A stretch of DNA of 64,000 nucleotides from an uncultured bacterium (GTDB taxonomy: Bacteria > Verrucomicrobiota > Kiritimatiellia > Kiritimatiellales > Pontiellaceae), in NCBI GenBank assembly GCA_965372395.1, contig CBDVCB010000002.1, positions 975 through 64,974 on the forward strand. Direction: 5' to 3'. The notes under the pieces were generated by a model. That model did not search any database. It was not told where the DNA came from and saw nothing but the letters and a program-made list of their open reading frames with translations. A program made the translations under genes and the position numbers. How positions within the stretch are numbered: the first letter of the stretch is position 1; the number at the start of each line of letters is the position of its first letter. Below, piece after piece: positions 16,749 through 26,727 of the stretch.

Positions 16749-17948
16749 CTAGTCTTTGATCAGATTGTAGGTATCGAGGGCGATGACGAGCTCTTCGTTG
16801 GTGTGGATCTTGAGCGCGGCAACTTTGGAAGCATCGGTGGAAATGCGGGTTTCGTTGGCCTCGTTGCGCGCGTCGTCCACCTCCAAGCCCACGAAAGTAA
16901 AGTTTTCAAGAATCTGCTTCCGAATTCTTGGATTGTTTTCGCCGACCCCGGCGGTGAAGACGATGCCGTCGACCCCGTTCATGGCGGCGATATAGCTGCC
17001 AATGAATTTCTGGATGCGGTAGCAAAACATTTCGATCGCGAAAATACAGTCTTGGTCGCCCTCGGCGGCGGTCTCGACGATATCGCGCATGTCGCTCTTG
17101 CCGGCGATAGCGAGCAACCCGCCCTGCTTGTTCATCATGGTGCTCACCTGTGCGGTGGTGAGCTCCTGCGACTCCATGATGTGTAGCGGAATGTAGGGGT
17201 CGAGCGAACCGGAGCGCGTACCCATCATGATTCCGTCGAGCGGCGTGAAGCCCATGGAGGTGTCGACCGACTTGCCACCCATGAAAGCCGCCAGCGAGCC
17301 GCCGTTGCCGAGGTGGCAAGTAATCAGCTTAAGATCCTCCAGCGGCTTGCCGAGCTCTTCGGCCGCCTTTTCGGCGACGTATCCGTGGGAGGTTCCGTGG
17401 AATCCGTATTTGCGGATCTTATAGTTGGTGTACTGGATGCGCGGCAAGGCATACATATAGGCTTTTTTCGGCATGCCCTGATGGATGGCCGTATCGAATA
17501 CGGCAACCTGCGGCACATCGGGAAGCAACGACTGCATGGCTTTGATGCCCATCAGGTTCGGCGGGTTATGAAGCGGCGCAAGCATCGAATTGCGTTCGAG
17601 GGCCTTGATCACCTTGCGGTCGACCACCACGGAACCGGTGAAATCTTCGCCGCCATGCACAACACGGTGGCCGATGCCGCCAAGTTCATCGAGGCTCGCG
17701 AGCATGCCTTTATCGCTTTCAAGCAGAAGCTTGAGGATTTCATCGATGGCCGTCTTGTGGGTCGGAAGGTCGATGAACTGGCGATCCTTGTGGCAACCGG
17801 GGCACTTTCGGACAATGGTCGAACCGGAAATACCGATGCGGTCGGCCTGCCCTTCGCACAAGGCGTGGAAATAATCGGTGTCTTCATTCACCTCGTAGAG
17901 CTTGAACTTGATCGAGGAGGAGCCGGAGTTGAGTACGAGAATCTTCAT
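16749..17948 (-). CDS. ackA: Acetate kinase
   Basis: ILVLNSGSSSIKF, GHRVVHGG, APLHN, VFDTAIH, YGFHGTSH, HLGNGGS, SMGFTPLDG, TNEEL. Confidence 0.97.
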   Translation of the reverse strand: MKILVLNSGSSSIKFKLYEVNEDTDYFHALCEGQADRIGISGSTIVRKCPGCHKDRQFIDLPTHKTAIDEILKLLLESDKGMLASLDELGGIGHRVVHGGEDFTGSVVVDRKVIKALERNSMLAPLHNPPNLMGIKAMQSLLPDVPQVAVFDTAIHQGMPKKAYMYALPRIQYTNYKIRKYGFHGTSHGYVAEKAAEELGKPLEDLKLITCHLGNGGSLAAFMGGKSVDTSMGFTPLDGIMMGTRSGSLDPYIPLHIMESQELTTAQVSTMMNKQGGLLAIAGKSDMRDIVETAAEGDQDCIFAIEMFCYRIQKFIGSYIAAMNGVDGIVFTAGVGENNPRIRKQILENFTFVGLEVDDARNEANETRISTDASKVAALKIHTNEELVIALDTYNLIKD

Positions 17949-17966
17949 TGCATGGGTTCCTGAAGT

Positions 17967-18968
17967 TTAATGGTCCGCCTGCAAGGCGGTGAGGGCAACG
18001 GTGCCGACGATATCTTCGACGTAGCATCCGCGGGAAAGGTCGTTAACCGGCTTGTTCAGGCCTTGGAGCACGGGGCCGTAGGCTCCCGCTCCAGCCAAGC
18101 GCTGAACCAGCTTGTAGCCGATGTTCGCGGCATTGAGATCGGGAAAGATCAAGACACGGGCATCGCCTCCGAGCGGGCTGCCGGGTGCTTTTTTCCGGGC
18201 GACATCCGGCACGATAGCGGAATCGACCTGCAGCTCGCCATCGATCTCGATGCCCTTGCCGGCAAATTCTTCGGCCACCTTCTGCTTGGCCAGCTCCACG
18301 GCTTTGGAAACCTTTTCGACCATTTCGCTCTTGCCGGAGCCATAGGTGGAATAGGAAAGCAACGCGACCTTCGGCGGAATGCCGTAGGCCAAGGCGGAGA
18401 CGGCACTGTCGACCGCAATATCGGCCAGCTGCTCGGAGGTCGGGTTTTCCACCAAGGCGCAATCGGAAAAGATGAAGATCTTGTCGTTGACGTCCATGAT
18501 GAAGAAGCTTGAAACGGTCGCCCCCTTCTTGGCGGACCTAATGATCTGGAGCGCGGGGCGGACGGTATCGGCCGTGGAGTGGGCCGCGCCGGAAACCAGC
18601 CCGTCGGCTTCGCCGGCATGCATGATCATCATACCGAAATAGTTGACCTGCTTGACGGAGGCAAGAGCCTGCTCGGGTGTAATGCCCTTGGCCTTGCGCA
18701 ATTCGTAGAACGTGTCGGCATATTCTTGAAGCTTGACGGATGTGTCGGGATTAATGACGGCAATGCCTTCGAGGCTGTAGCCCTTGGCACCGAACCACTC
18801 GGAAATCCGCTGTTTGTCGCCGAGCAGGGTGATCGACGCGATCCCTTCCCGATTAATGGTGTTGGCGGCTTCAAGCACGCGTTCGTCGCTCCCTTCGGGC
18901 AACACGATATTGCTTTTTCTAGCTTTCGCGGAATCAATGATCTGCTGAATGAATGTACTTCTACTCAT
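17967..18968 (-). CDS. pta: Phosphate acetyltransferase (short form)
   Basis: IVLPEG, DGLVSGAAHSTA, DGELQVDSA, FPDLNAANIGYK, GPVLQG..KPVNDLSRG. Confidence 0.96.
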   Translation of the reverse strand: MSRSTFIQQIIDSAKARKSNIVLPEGSDERVLEAANTINREGIASITLLGDKQRISEWFGAKGYSLEGIAVINPDTSVKLQEYADTFYELRKAKGITPEQALASVKQVNYFGMMIMHAGEADGLVSGAAHSTADTVRPALQIIRSAKKGATVSSFFIMDVNDKIFIFSDCALVENPTSEQLADIAVDSAVSALAYGIPPKVALLSYSTYGSGKSEMVEKVSKAVELAKQKVAEEFAGKGIEIDGELQVDSAIVPDVARKKAPGSPLGGDARVLIFPDLNAANIGYKLVQRLAGAGAYGPVLQGLNKPVNDLSRGCYVEDIVGTVALTALQADH

Positions 18969-19103
18969 GGGCCCGTTTTCCCTGTTTTATTCGATTTTTC
19001 ACCCCAAGTTGGCAAAATCTGCGCAGAAATTAGCAACTCCCCATCTTTCCGCAATCCAAATCAGTATGAATATTACGGATTTAAATTTTCGCCGGGTTGA
19101 AAC

Positions 19104-19137
19104 AAAAAACCCCACAACCATGCGGCAGCGGGGCTTT
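19104..19137 (-). terminator. Probable intrinsic terminator after rplQ
   Basis: Minus strand GCCCCGCTGCCGCATGGTTGTGGGG followed by a T run; imperfect stem. Confidence 0.55.
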
Positions 19138-19156
19138 GCAAAAAACGAGGCTTCGC

Positions 19157-19540
19157 TTACTCGGTTTCGGCAACCGGAGCAACGATGGAGTCGACCCACT
19201 CGAGCAGCACCATTTCGGAGCTGTCGGAGATGCGACGGCCAAGCTTGATGATACGGGTGTAGCCACCGGAACGGTCGGCAAACGCCGGGGCGACGTTGTC
19301 GAAAAGCTCCTTGACGGAATCCACCTGCTTCAGCGTGGAGATCGCTTGGCGACGGTGCGCGAGCGTACCCTTCTTGCCGAGCGTGACCATCTTTTCGGCC
19401 AGGCTGCGCGCCGCGCGGGCTTTCGGAAGCGTCGTCTTGATCCGCTTGTTGTCGATAAGGGCGCAAACCAGATTCGCGAGCAACTCGTTGCGGTGCGCAC
19501 TGGTGCGGCCAAGCTTTACTGTTCTTTTACGATGTCTCAT
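19157..19540 (-). CDS. rplQ: 50S ribosomal protein L17
   Basis: MRHRK...KLGRTSAHR, RSGGYTRIIKLG. Confidence 0.98.
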   Translation of the reverse strand: MRHRKRTVKLGRTSAHRNELLANLVCALIDNKRIKTTLPKARAARSLAEKMVTLGKKGTLAHRRQAISTLKQVDSVKELFDNVAPAFADRSGGYTRIIKLGRRISDSSEMVLLEWVDSIVAPVAETE

Positions 19541-19566
19541 TGTTCCAACCTCTGGATATTTTTAAA

Positions 19567-20571
19567 CTAGTCTTCGCCAACCGATGCGTGGAGCAGGTCG
19601 GTATCGAAGGTCATGCCAAGCGACAGACCCATTTCCTGGATCTTCGCCTTGATTTCGTTGAGCGACTTCTTGCCGAAGTTGCGGTACTTCAGCATTTCGG
19701 CCTCGGTCTTCTGTGCAAGTTCGCCGACGGTGGTGATGTTGGCGTTGTTCAGGCAGTTCGCGGCACGGACGCTGAGTTCGATTTCGTTCACACTGATGTT
19801 GAGTTTCTTGCGCAGCTCTTCCTTTTCGAGGTCGATCTGCTTTTCGCTTTCCTCGAACTCGATCAGGTCTTTGTCGTAGCTGACGAAAACATCGAGATGA
19901 TGGCGCAGGATGGCGGCCGACATGGTCAGCGCATCGTCCGGGGTCACACGACCGTCGGTCCAGATTTCGAGAACGAGCTTGTCGTAGTCGGTGCGGCGGC
20001 CCACGCGGGTGTTTTCAACCGAATACTTGACGCGGCGAACCGGGGAGAAGAGGCAGTCGATCGGAATGATTCCGATTTCCTGGTTTTCCTTCTTGTTGAG
20101 GTCTGCCGGGCAGTAGCCGCGGCCAATGCGAACTTCCATTTCCGCCTCGAACACACCGTCTTCCGAGAGGGTGCAGATGTGGAAATCGGGGTTCAGCACT
20201 TCAATGTTTTCGCCCGAAACAATATCGCCAGCGGTGACTTCGCCAGGTCCTTCGACCTTGATCGTCACCCTTTGCGCGTCGCGGGAATAGCTCTTGAACA
20301 GCAACTGCTTGATGTTAAGGATGATCTCGGTGACATCTTCCGTTACCCCGTCGAGACTGCAGAATTCGTGGGGCGCACCCTTGATCTTGATGGATGAAAC
20401 CGCGGCACCTTCCAGCGAAGAGAGCAGTACGCGGCGAAGCGAATTGCCCATCGTGCGGCCGTAGCCGGCTTCGAAAGGTTCAGCGTAGAACGTGCCAAAG
20501 GTGTCGGTGGATACCGATTCGTCCTTGGCGACTTGTTTCGGCATTTCGAAACGCCCGAGTCTTGTTGCCAT
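19567..20571 (-). CDS. rpoA: RNA polymerase alpha subunit
   Basis: EPFEAGYGRTMGNSLRRVLLSS, LSVRAANCL, NFGKKSLNEI. Confidence 0.98.
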   Translation of the reverse strand: MATRLGRFEMPKQVAKDESVSTDTFGTFYAEPFEAGYGRTMGNSLRRVLLSSLEGAAVSSIKIKGAPHEFCSLDGVTEDVTEIILNIKQLLFKSYSRDAQRVTIKVEGPGEVTAGDIVSGENIEVLNPDFHICTLSEDGVFEAEMEVRIGRGYCPADLNKKENQEIGIIPIDCLFSPVRRVKYSVENTRVGRRTDYDKLVLEIWTDGRVTPDDALTMSAAILRHHLDVFVSYDKDLIEFEESEKQIDLEKEELRKKLNISVNEIELSVRAANCLNNANITTVGELAQKTEAEMLKYRNFGKKSLNEIKAKIQEMGLSLGMTFDTDLLHASVGED

Positions 20572-20637
20572 GATGTTTTCCTCCCAGAACCGGGCATTAA
20601 CCGGCTCGTATGGTGTTGTGGTTGATTAATAAAAAAC

Positions 20638-21270
20638 CTAGACGCGACGGCGCTTCGGCGGGCGGCATCCGTTGTGCGGGATGGCGGTGGTATCCTTGAT
20701 GGTTGTGATCGCAAGACCGGCGGACTGGATGGCACGCACTGCGGACTCGCGACCGGCACCCGGGCCCTGAACGCGGACTTCGACTTCCGTCATGCCGTGG
20801 CCGATGGCTCCGCGAGCCGCTTCCTGCGCAACCGTGGTTGCCGCAAAGGCCGTGCTCTTGCGCGATCCCTTGAAGTTGCAGCGACCCGCGCTGCTCCATG
20901 AAATCACATTGCCGCGCATGTCGGTGATGGAAACGATGGTGTTGTTGAACGTGGTTTTCACGAAGGCAATGCCGAACGGAATGTTCTTGGAACCCTTGCG
21001 CTTCTTGATCGGCTCAACCACGGCATCGGCCAGCAGTTCGGCTGCGGTGGCCAGCTTGGGTTTGTTGTCCTCAACTGGAGCTTTCGGTGCCGCATCGGCC
21101 TTTTCCTTATCCTTAGGCGCATCGGCTTTCTTGGATTTTTCCTTGGGAGCCTCATCCTTCTCGGTTTTGGCTTCGGCGGGCGCAGCGGCCTCGACCGGCT
21201 TTCCCTCGGTTGCAACCGGAGCCGCTTCTTCGACCGTTTTTTCTTCTACTTCAACTTTTTCTTCTGCCAT
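20638..21270 (-). CDS. rpsK: 30S ribosomal protein S11 with a long N-terminal Ala/Glu/Lys/Pro-rich extension
   Basis: [35 protein letters not shown]. Confidence 0.97.
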   Translation of the reverse strand: MAEEKVEVEEKTVEEAAPVATEGKPVEAAAPAEAKTEKDEAPKEKSKKADAPKDKEKADAAPKAPVEDNKPKLATAAELLADAVVEPIKKRKGSKNIPFGIAFVKTTFNNTIVSITDMRGNVISWSSAGRCNFKGSRKSTAFAATTVAQEAARGAIGHGMTEVEVRVQGPGAGRESAVRAIQSAGLAITTIKDTTAIPHNGCRPPKRRRV

Positions 21271-21281
21271 GGGAATATTCC

Positions 21282-21686
21282 TTACTTAGTCGCAGCCTTG
21301 ACTGCTGAACGGGCTTCCTTGCCGCGAACGACACCGACCGTGCGCTTGGCGCCCTTGCGGGTACGGGCATTGGTCTTGGTGCGCTGTCCGCGAACCGGCA
21401 ATCCACGACGGTGACGGATGCCCCGATAGGAGCCGATCGAGATCAGGCGGCGAATGTTTGCGGAAACTTCGCGACGCAGGTCGCCTTCGATGTTGCAGTC
21501 CGACTGAAGAACCGAAACGAGATGCTGAATGTCTTCGTCCGTCAGATCGTCGGCTTTTTTCGCGGGATCAAGCTTGGCCTTTGCGAGAACTTCCTTCGCA
21601 AGCGCGGGGCCGATTCCATAAATATACTGCAAGGCGTATTCCAGCCTTTTTCTTCCGGGGATGTCTATACCGAGTACACGTGGCAT
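21282..21686 (-). CDS. rpsM: 30S ribosomal protein S13
   Basis: [28 protein letters not shown]. Confidence 0.98.
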   Translation of the reverse strand: MPRVLGIDIPGRKRLEYALQYIYGIGPALAKEVLAKAKLDPAKKADDLTDEDIQHLVSVLQSDCNIEGDLRREVSANIRRLISIGSYRGIRHRRGLPVRGQRTKTNARTRKGAKRTVGVVRGKEARSAVKAATK

Positions 21687-21701
21687 TGATAAACTCCTTG
21701 A

Positions 21702-21815
21702 TTATCCTTGGCGCTGTTTATGACGCGGGTTCGTGCAAATGATGCGAACCACACCTTTGCGCCTGATTACCTTACATTGTTCACACATTCGTTTAACTGA
21801 AGCTCTTACTTTCAT
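21702..21815 (-). CDS. rpmJ: 50S ribosomal protein L36 (zinc-binding C+ form)
   Basis: Manual translation [37 protein letters not shown]; too short for the ORF track. Confidence 0.97.
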   Translation of the reverse strand: MKVRASVKRMCEQCKVIRRKGVVRIICTNPRHKQRQG

Positions 21816-21816
21816 A

Positions 21817-22035
21817 TCATCGTTCCTGGTTTGTCACCAATCGCCCCTTGGACATGTCGTAGGGCGACATCTCGACCTTCATTTCCTCGCCGATTTCCGG
21901 TGTTGCACGGCGCGCATCAACGCGCCCGAAAAACGCAACGAATCGATGCCCATTACGCAGTTCTGCACCAAAAGCGTTGTTGTCTATCACGGACACCAAG
22001 CGTGCGTCTAGTAAAATTGTCTCTTTTTTATCCAT
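21817..22035 (-). CDS. infA: Translation initiation factor IF-1-like protein, divergent
   Basis: Canonical position map-infA-rpmJ; keeps ELRNGH and [13 protein letters not shown] but lacks HISGKMR. Confidence 0.75.
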   Translation of the reverse strand: MDKKETILLDARLVSVIDNNAFGAELRNGHRFVAFFGRVDARRATPEIGEEMKVEMSPYDMSKGRLVTNQER

Positions 22036-22793
22036 TACGCATCCAATTCAGGGATTGTGAGGATTTCCGCCTGCTGCTTTCCAACCGCAATGGTGTGCTC
22101 GAAATGGGCCGAAGGGAGTCGATCCTTGGTGACGACAGTCCAGCCATCCTTGAGGGTTTCGGTCTTGTGGACGCCCAGATTGATCATCGGTTCGATGGCA
22201 AAGGTCATGCCGGCCTTGAGGATCGGTCCGCGCCCTGCGGGGCCATAGTTTGGAATTTGCGGATCTTCGTGCATTTCGCGTCCGATGCCATGGCCGACAA
22301 AGTCGCGAACCACGGAGAAGCCCTCCCCTTCCGCGACCACTTGGACCGCATGGGAAATATCGGAAAGCCGGTTGCCCTCGACCGCCTTGGAAATCGCGGC
22401 CTCGAGCGACCGCTGCGTCGCATCGAGCAGGCGCTGCCATTCGGGATCGATTTCGCCCGCCGCGACGGTGGTGGCGGTGTCGCCGACGAACCCGCCGTAG
22501 ACGAGGCCAAAATCAATGCTGACAATGTCGCCGTCGCGGATAACGCGCCGACCGGGAACACCATGGACGACCTCTTCGTTGACGGAAGAGCAGATGTGCC
22601 CGGAAAATCCGTGATACCCGTAGAAGGCGCAGCGCCCCTCGGCCTTGCGGGCGAGCTCGACGGCATATTCGTCGAGTTCCTTGGTGGTCACGCCCGGCGC
22701 GACCTTGGATGCAACCTTATGGAGAATGGTGGCGGTCTTTTTTGCGCTAATGCGCATGGCGGCCAATTCGTCTGGTTTTTTTATGGTAATCAT
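22035..22793 (-). CDS. map: Methionine aminopeptidase type I
   Basis: SVNEEVVHG, DIVSIDFG, GHGIGREMHEDP, AIEPMIN, SAHFEHTI. Confidence 0.97.
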   Translation of the reverse strand: MITIKKPDELAAMRISAKKTATILHKVASKVAPGVTTKELDEYAVELARKAEGRCAFYGYHGFSGHICSSVNEEVVHGVPGRRVIRDGDIVSIDFGLVYGGFVGDTATTVAAGEIDPEWQRLLDATQRSLEAAISKAVEGNRLSDISHAVQVVAEGEGFSVVRDFVGHGIGREMHEDPQIPNYGPAGRGPILKAGMTFAIEPMINLGVHKTETLKDGWTVVTKDRLPSAHFEHTIAVGKQQAEILTIPELDA

Positions 22794-22801
22794 GGCAAAA
22801 G

Positions 22802-23443
22802 CTAGCCCAACTTTTCGAGAACCTCACTGCGAACTTCGGCAATGCCGCGGGAGGCATTGATCGAATGGATGAGGTTCTTGGCCTTGTAGTAGCTAATCAA
22901 GGGCGCAGTCCGCTCCGCATAAACCTCCAAGCGTTTCTTGATGGTTTCTACATTGTCATCCGGTCGCTGGATTAATTCGCAACCTTCGGCATCGCAGATA
23001 TCGGGAATGGCCGGTGGGTTGTATTTCACATGATAGACCGTGCCGCACTTTCCGCAGGTACGACGACCGGACAACCGCTCGACAATCACTTCAGCCGGGC
23101 ATTCCAGCAGGATGACTTCGTCGATGGCACCTTCCAGCGAGAGGAGAAGTTCGTCGAGCTTTTCCGCCTGCACCAAGGTGCGCGGGAACCCGTCGAAAAG
23201 AAACTTTTTCCCTCTGTCGGCCGCCTTGAGCAAACTGCGGATCATGCCCACCACGACGTTGTCGGGGACAAACGTTCCCTGATCCATGCGCGCCTTGGCT
23301 TCAAGACCTAGCGGGGTTTCAAGACGAATTTGTTCGCGGAGGAGATCGCCGGTGGAAACATGGGTGTATCCCTTTCTCGCCAGTGCTTCAGCTACGGTGC
23401 CCTTGCCAGCTCCGGGCGGACCCAATAAAACAATCGCGGTCAT
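22802..23443 (-). CDS. adk: Adenylate kinase
   Basis: GPPGAGKGT, STGDLLR, FDGFPRT, Zn-lid CGKC...CDAEGC. Confidence 0.97.
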   Translation of the reverse strand: MTAIVLLGPPGAGKGTVAEALARKGYTHVSTGDLLREQIRLETPLGLEAKARMDQGTFVPDNVVVGMIRSLLKAADRGKKFLFDGFPRTLVQAEKLDELLLSLEGAIDEVILLECPAEVIVERLSGRRTCGKCGTVYHVKYNPPAIPDICDAEGCELIQRPDDNVETIKKRLEVYAERTAPLISYYKAKNLIHSINASRGIAEVRSEVLEKLG

Positions 23444-24783
23444 CTTCTACTGCGTAGCTTGCCTTTTTTCAGGAAGCCGTCGTAGTGGCGCATCAGGAGA
23501 TGCGATTCGATCTGGCGCATGGTATCCAGCATCACACCCACGATGATAAGCAGGCTCGTTCCACCAAAGAACGAGGCCACGATCCACGGCACATTGAACT
23601 GTGCGGTCATGAAGTTCGGCATGACGGCAATGGCGGTAAGGAATACCGCGCCAGCAAGCGTCAGTCGTGTCATCGTTCGGTCAAGGTATTCGGCCGTATG
23701 GCGTCCCGGACGGATACCGGGAACATAGCCGCCCTGCTTCTTGAGGTTGTCGGCAATCTGAATGGGGTTGAACTGCGTGGCCACCCAAAAGTAGGAGAAG
23801 AAAAGAATCATCAGGCCAAACCAGAACATGTACCAGCCGGAACCCTGATGGAAGGTGCTGGCCGCTTCCTTCGCCCACTGGAACGGGAGGAACCCCATCA
23901 CTTTCGGGGGAATCGCCAGAATCGCGGAGGCAAAAATGATCGGCATAACGCCGGAATAGTTAACCCGTAGCGGCAGGTGCTGGGTTCCCCCTTGCATCAT
24001 CTTGCGGCCAACCATGCGCTTGGCAAACTGAACGGGCACCTTCTGTTGCGCCTGCGTCACCGCAACCACGCCGAGGATCACAAAGAAAATCAGCGCTAGT
24101 AAAAGCACCAGATGGAACGGTCCGATTTCAGCCACGCCGTCAACCGGAGTCAGCTTGTCGGCCAGCGCCTTGACGGCCTGGGGCATCCGGCTGATGATAT
24201 TGACGGTGATGATGATGGAGATTCCGTTGCCAATGCCGCGATCCGTGATCTGCTCGCCAATCCACATCAACAGCAGCGATGCGGCAACCAGCGCCATCGC
24301 GGAAAGAAGAACGAAGCCGATTCCAGGAATGCGAACCACCGAGGCGGGGATCCCGAAATACCCACCGGATTGCAGGGCGGCCGCAATCGCCACGCCCTGA
24401 ACGGTACAGAGAACAACGGTCAAATAGCGGGTATACTGCGTAATCTTCGCGCGCCCCACATCCCCTTCGCGAGCCAGCCTTTCCAAATGCGGAACCACTG
24501 CGGTCATCAGCTGAATGATAATCGAAGCGCTAATGTACGGCATGATGCCGAGCGTTCCGATCGAGCACTGCAGGAGTGCGCCCCCGCTGAAAAGGTTGAA
24601 CATTCCAACCAAACCGCCTTCTGCCCCGCCCGATCCTTCAAAGAACTGGCGAATCGCCACCGCATTCACTCCGGGAAGCGGAACCGCGGCAATAAGCCGG
24701 CAGACGAAAACCAGACCCAGCGTAAAAAGAATGCGCTGTCTGAGTTCAGTGATTTTAAATGCATTTACAAAAGCGGAAAGCAT
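23440..24783 (-). CDS. secY: Preprotein translocase subunit SecY
   Basis: LGIMPYISASII, GIGNGISIII, GVMPIIFAS, PGIRPG, FGGTSLLIIVGV. Confidence 0.98.
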   Translation of the reverse strand: MLSAFVNAFKITELRQRILFTLGLVFVCRLIAAVPLPGVNAVAIRQFFEGSGGAEGGLVGMFNLFSGGALLQCSIGTLGIMPYISASIIIQLMTAVVPHLERLAREGDVGRAKITQYTRYLTVVLCTVQGVAIAAALQSGGYFGIPASVVRIPGIGFVLLSAMALVAASLLLMWIGEQITDRGIGNGISIIITVNIISRMPQAVKALADKLTPVDGVAEIGPFHLVLLLALIFFVILGVVAVTQAQQKVPVQFAKRMVGRKMMQGGTQHLPLRVNYSGVMPIIFASAILAIPPKVMGFLPFQWAKEAASTFHQGSGWYMFWFGLMILFFSYFWVATQFNPIQIADNLKKQGGYVPGIRPGRHTAEYLDRTMTRLTLAGAVFLTAIAVMPNFMTAQFNVPWIVASFFGGTSLLIIVGVMLDTMRQIESHLLMRHYDGFLKKGKLRSRR

Positions 24784-24804
24784 GGGAATGTGGCCTCTCG
24801 GTTG

Positions 24805-25245
24805 TTAGACGATTTCGCAGCTGCCACCGGCAGCTTCAATCTTTTCCTTCGCCGTGGCGGAGAATGCATTGACCTTGACGGTCAGTTTCTTTTCCACGCT
24901 TCCATTTCCAAGAATCTTAACCCCGTCGAAACGACCGTTGACGAGCCCCTTTTCCTTAAGCAGCTCGATCGTGATTTCGGTGCCTTCGTCGAATTTCGCG
25001 AGGGCATCGAGGTTGACCGGCACAAAGGTCTTGCGGGTGAAGTTGCTGAAACCGCGCTTGGGCAGCTTGCGCACGAGCGGCATCTGCCCACCCTCGAACA
25101 GCGGCTTGTGCACACTGCCGGTACGCGACATTTGACCTTTGTGTCCGCGGCCCGAGGTCTTGCCCTTGCCGGATGCCCGGCCACGACCCAGGCGGATCCT
25201 CCGATGCTTTGAACCTTCTGCTGTCTGCAATGAATGCAAATCCAT
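24805..25245 (-). CDS. rplO: 50S ribosomal protein L15
   Basis: [35 protein letters not shown]. Start set at MDLHS 25245. Confidence 0.97.
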   Translation of the reverse strand: MDLHSLQTAEGSKHRRIRLGRGRASGKGKTSGRGHKGQMSRTGSVHKPLFEGGQMPLVRKLPKRGFSNFTRKTFVPVNLDALAKFDEGTEITIELLKEKGLVNGRFDGVKILGNGSVEKKLTVKVNAFSATAKEKIEAAGGSCEIV

Positions 25246-25267
25246 GACTAAATCCTCGTTGCTATGG

Positions 25268-25816
25268 TTAACCCTTGCGGATTGCAAGTACTTCTTCCTT
25301 GGTGCGCAGCTGGCCCAAGGCCACCAAAGTGGCTTTCGTTACGTTCAGGTGGTTGTTGCTGCCCAGCGATTTCGCGAGGACATCGCGCACCCCGGCAAGC
25401 TCCAGCACCGCGCGGCACGGGCCGCCGGCAATAATTCCGGTACCTTCGGAGGCCGGGCGGATCAAAACCTGCGCACCACTGTATTTTCCGATGGCTTCGT
25501 GCGGGAGCGTGGTGCCACGCATGGTCACGGTGCTCAGGTTGCGCTTGGCCACTTCGCCCGCCTTGCGGATCGCTTCCGCAACTTCGGCCGCCTTTCCAAG
25601 TCCATACCCTACGCGACCCTTGCGGTCGCCCACTACCACCAGTGCGCCAAAGCTGAAACGACGTCCGCCTTTAACCACTTTCGAGTTGCGGTTAATGTGA
25701 ACCACCCGCTCTTCGAATTCCGATTTTTCCTTAAAATCCTTGCGGTCGCCGCGACCTCTTCCTTTGCGATTGTTCCGGTCGTTTCGACCCCTGCGTTCTG
25801 TGCGTTCTTCAGCCAT
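25268..25816 (-). CDS. rpsE: 30S ribosomal protein S5
   Basis: [30 protein letters not shown]. Confidence 0.98.
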   Translation of the reverse strand: MAEERTERRGRNDRNNRKGRGRGDRKDFKEKSEFEERVVHINRNSKVVKGGRRFSFGALVVVGDRKGRVGYGLGKAAEVAEAIRKAGEVAKRNLSTVTMRGTTLPHEAIGKYSGAQVLIRPASEGTGIIAGGPCRAVLELAGVRDVLAKSLGSNNHLNVTKATLVALGQLRTKEEVLAIRKG

Positions 25817-25839
25817 GTGGAAAACTCCTTTAAAAAAAA

Positions 25840-26175
25840 CTAGAACTTGAGTCCCGCTTCACGGGCGCTATCAGCAAGTGATTTCAGATTCGTGCCGAAA
25901 GCGAAACCGCCCCGGTCGAACACGACGGACTCGATGCCCTTGGCCTTGGCCAACTCGGCGGCCTTGGTGCCGAGCGCCTTGGCCGCTTCGGCATTCTTTC
26001 CGGCGGTCGACGCCCCCACGAGCGTAAGCCGCGCGTCGTCGTCGACAAACTGCACCTGGAGGCGCTTGTTGGAACGGAACACCGCCATGCGGGGGCGTTC
26101 GGCCGTGCCTTGGATCTTGTTGCGCACCCGCAGGTGGCGGCGAATTCTCAAATCTTTTTTTGTTTTAATGCTCAT
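25840..26175 (-). CDS. rplR: 50S ribosomal protein L18
   Basis: [29 protein letters not shown]. Confidence 0.97.
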   Translation of the reverse strand: MSIKTKKDLRIRRHLRVRNKIQGTAERPRMAVFRSNKRLQVQFVDDDARLTLVGASTAGKNAEAAKALGTKAAELAKAKGIESVVFDRGGFAFGTNLKSLADSAREAGLKF

Positions 26176-26177
26176 GG

Positions 26178-26714
26178 TTATGCAACCGCCTTGCCTTCTT
26201 TGCGGCGAATCTTCTCGTCGGAGTAGCGTACGCCCTTGCCTTTGTACGGTTCGGCCGGCGAGTAGTCGCGAATGCGTGCGGCCACTTGCCCGACCTGTTG
26301 TTTATCGATCCCTTCGATCGTCACGGTGGTTCCGTTCTGAACCTCGACCTTGATTCCTTCCGGAATGCTGTAGGTGATGTCGTGCGAGAAGCCGAGCGAA
26401 AGGACGATATCCATCCCCTTCATCTGGGCCTTGTAGCCAACACCTTCGATCAAGAGTTCTTTCTTGTAGCCCTTTTCCACGCCGAGCACCATGTTGTTGA
26501 TCGTGCTGCGGACGGTGCCGAACATCGCCGCGCCGTGCTTCGACTTGTCCGTGCGGGAAACCACAACGGAGTTGTCTTCGACCTTGACGGCGATGCATGC
26601 GGGTGCCGTATAGGCGGACTCGCCTTTTGCGCCCTTGACCGTGGCGGTCTGCCCGGACACTTCGACGGTTACGCCGCCGGGAATCAAAATTGGTTCTTTT
26701 CCTATTCTAGACAT
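26178..26714 (-). CDS. rplF: 50S ribosomal protein L6
   Basis: MSRIGK, LGFSH, PAEPYKGKG. Confidence 0.98.
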   Translation of the reverse strand: MSRIGKEPILIPGGVTVEVSGQTATVKGAKGESAYTAPACIAVKVEDNSVVVSRTDKSKHGAAMFGTVRSTINNMVLGVEKGYKKELLIEGVGYKAQMKGMDIVLSLGFSHDITYSIPEGIKVEVQNGTTVTIEGIDKQQVGQVAARIRDYSPAEPYKGKGVRYSDEKIRRKEGKAVA

Positions 26715-26727
26715 AGTTCAACCCCTT

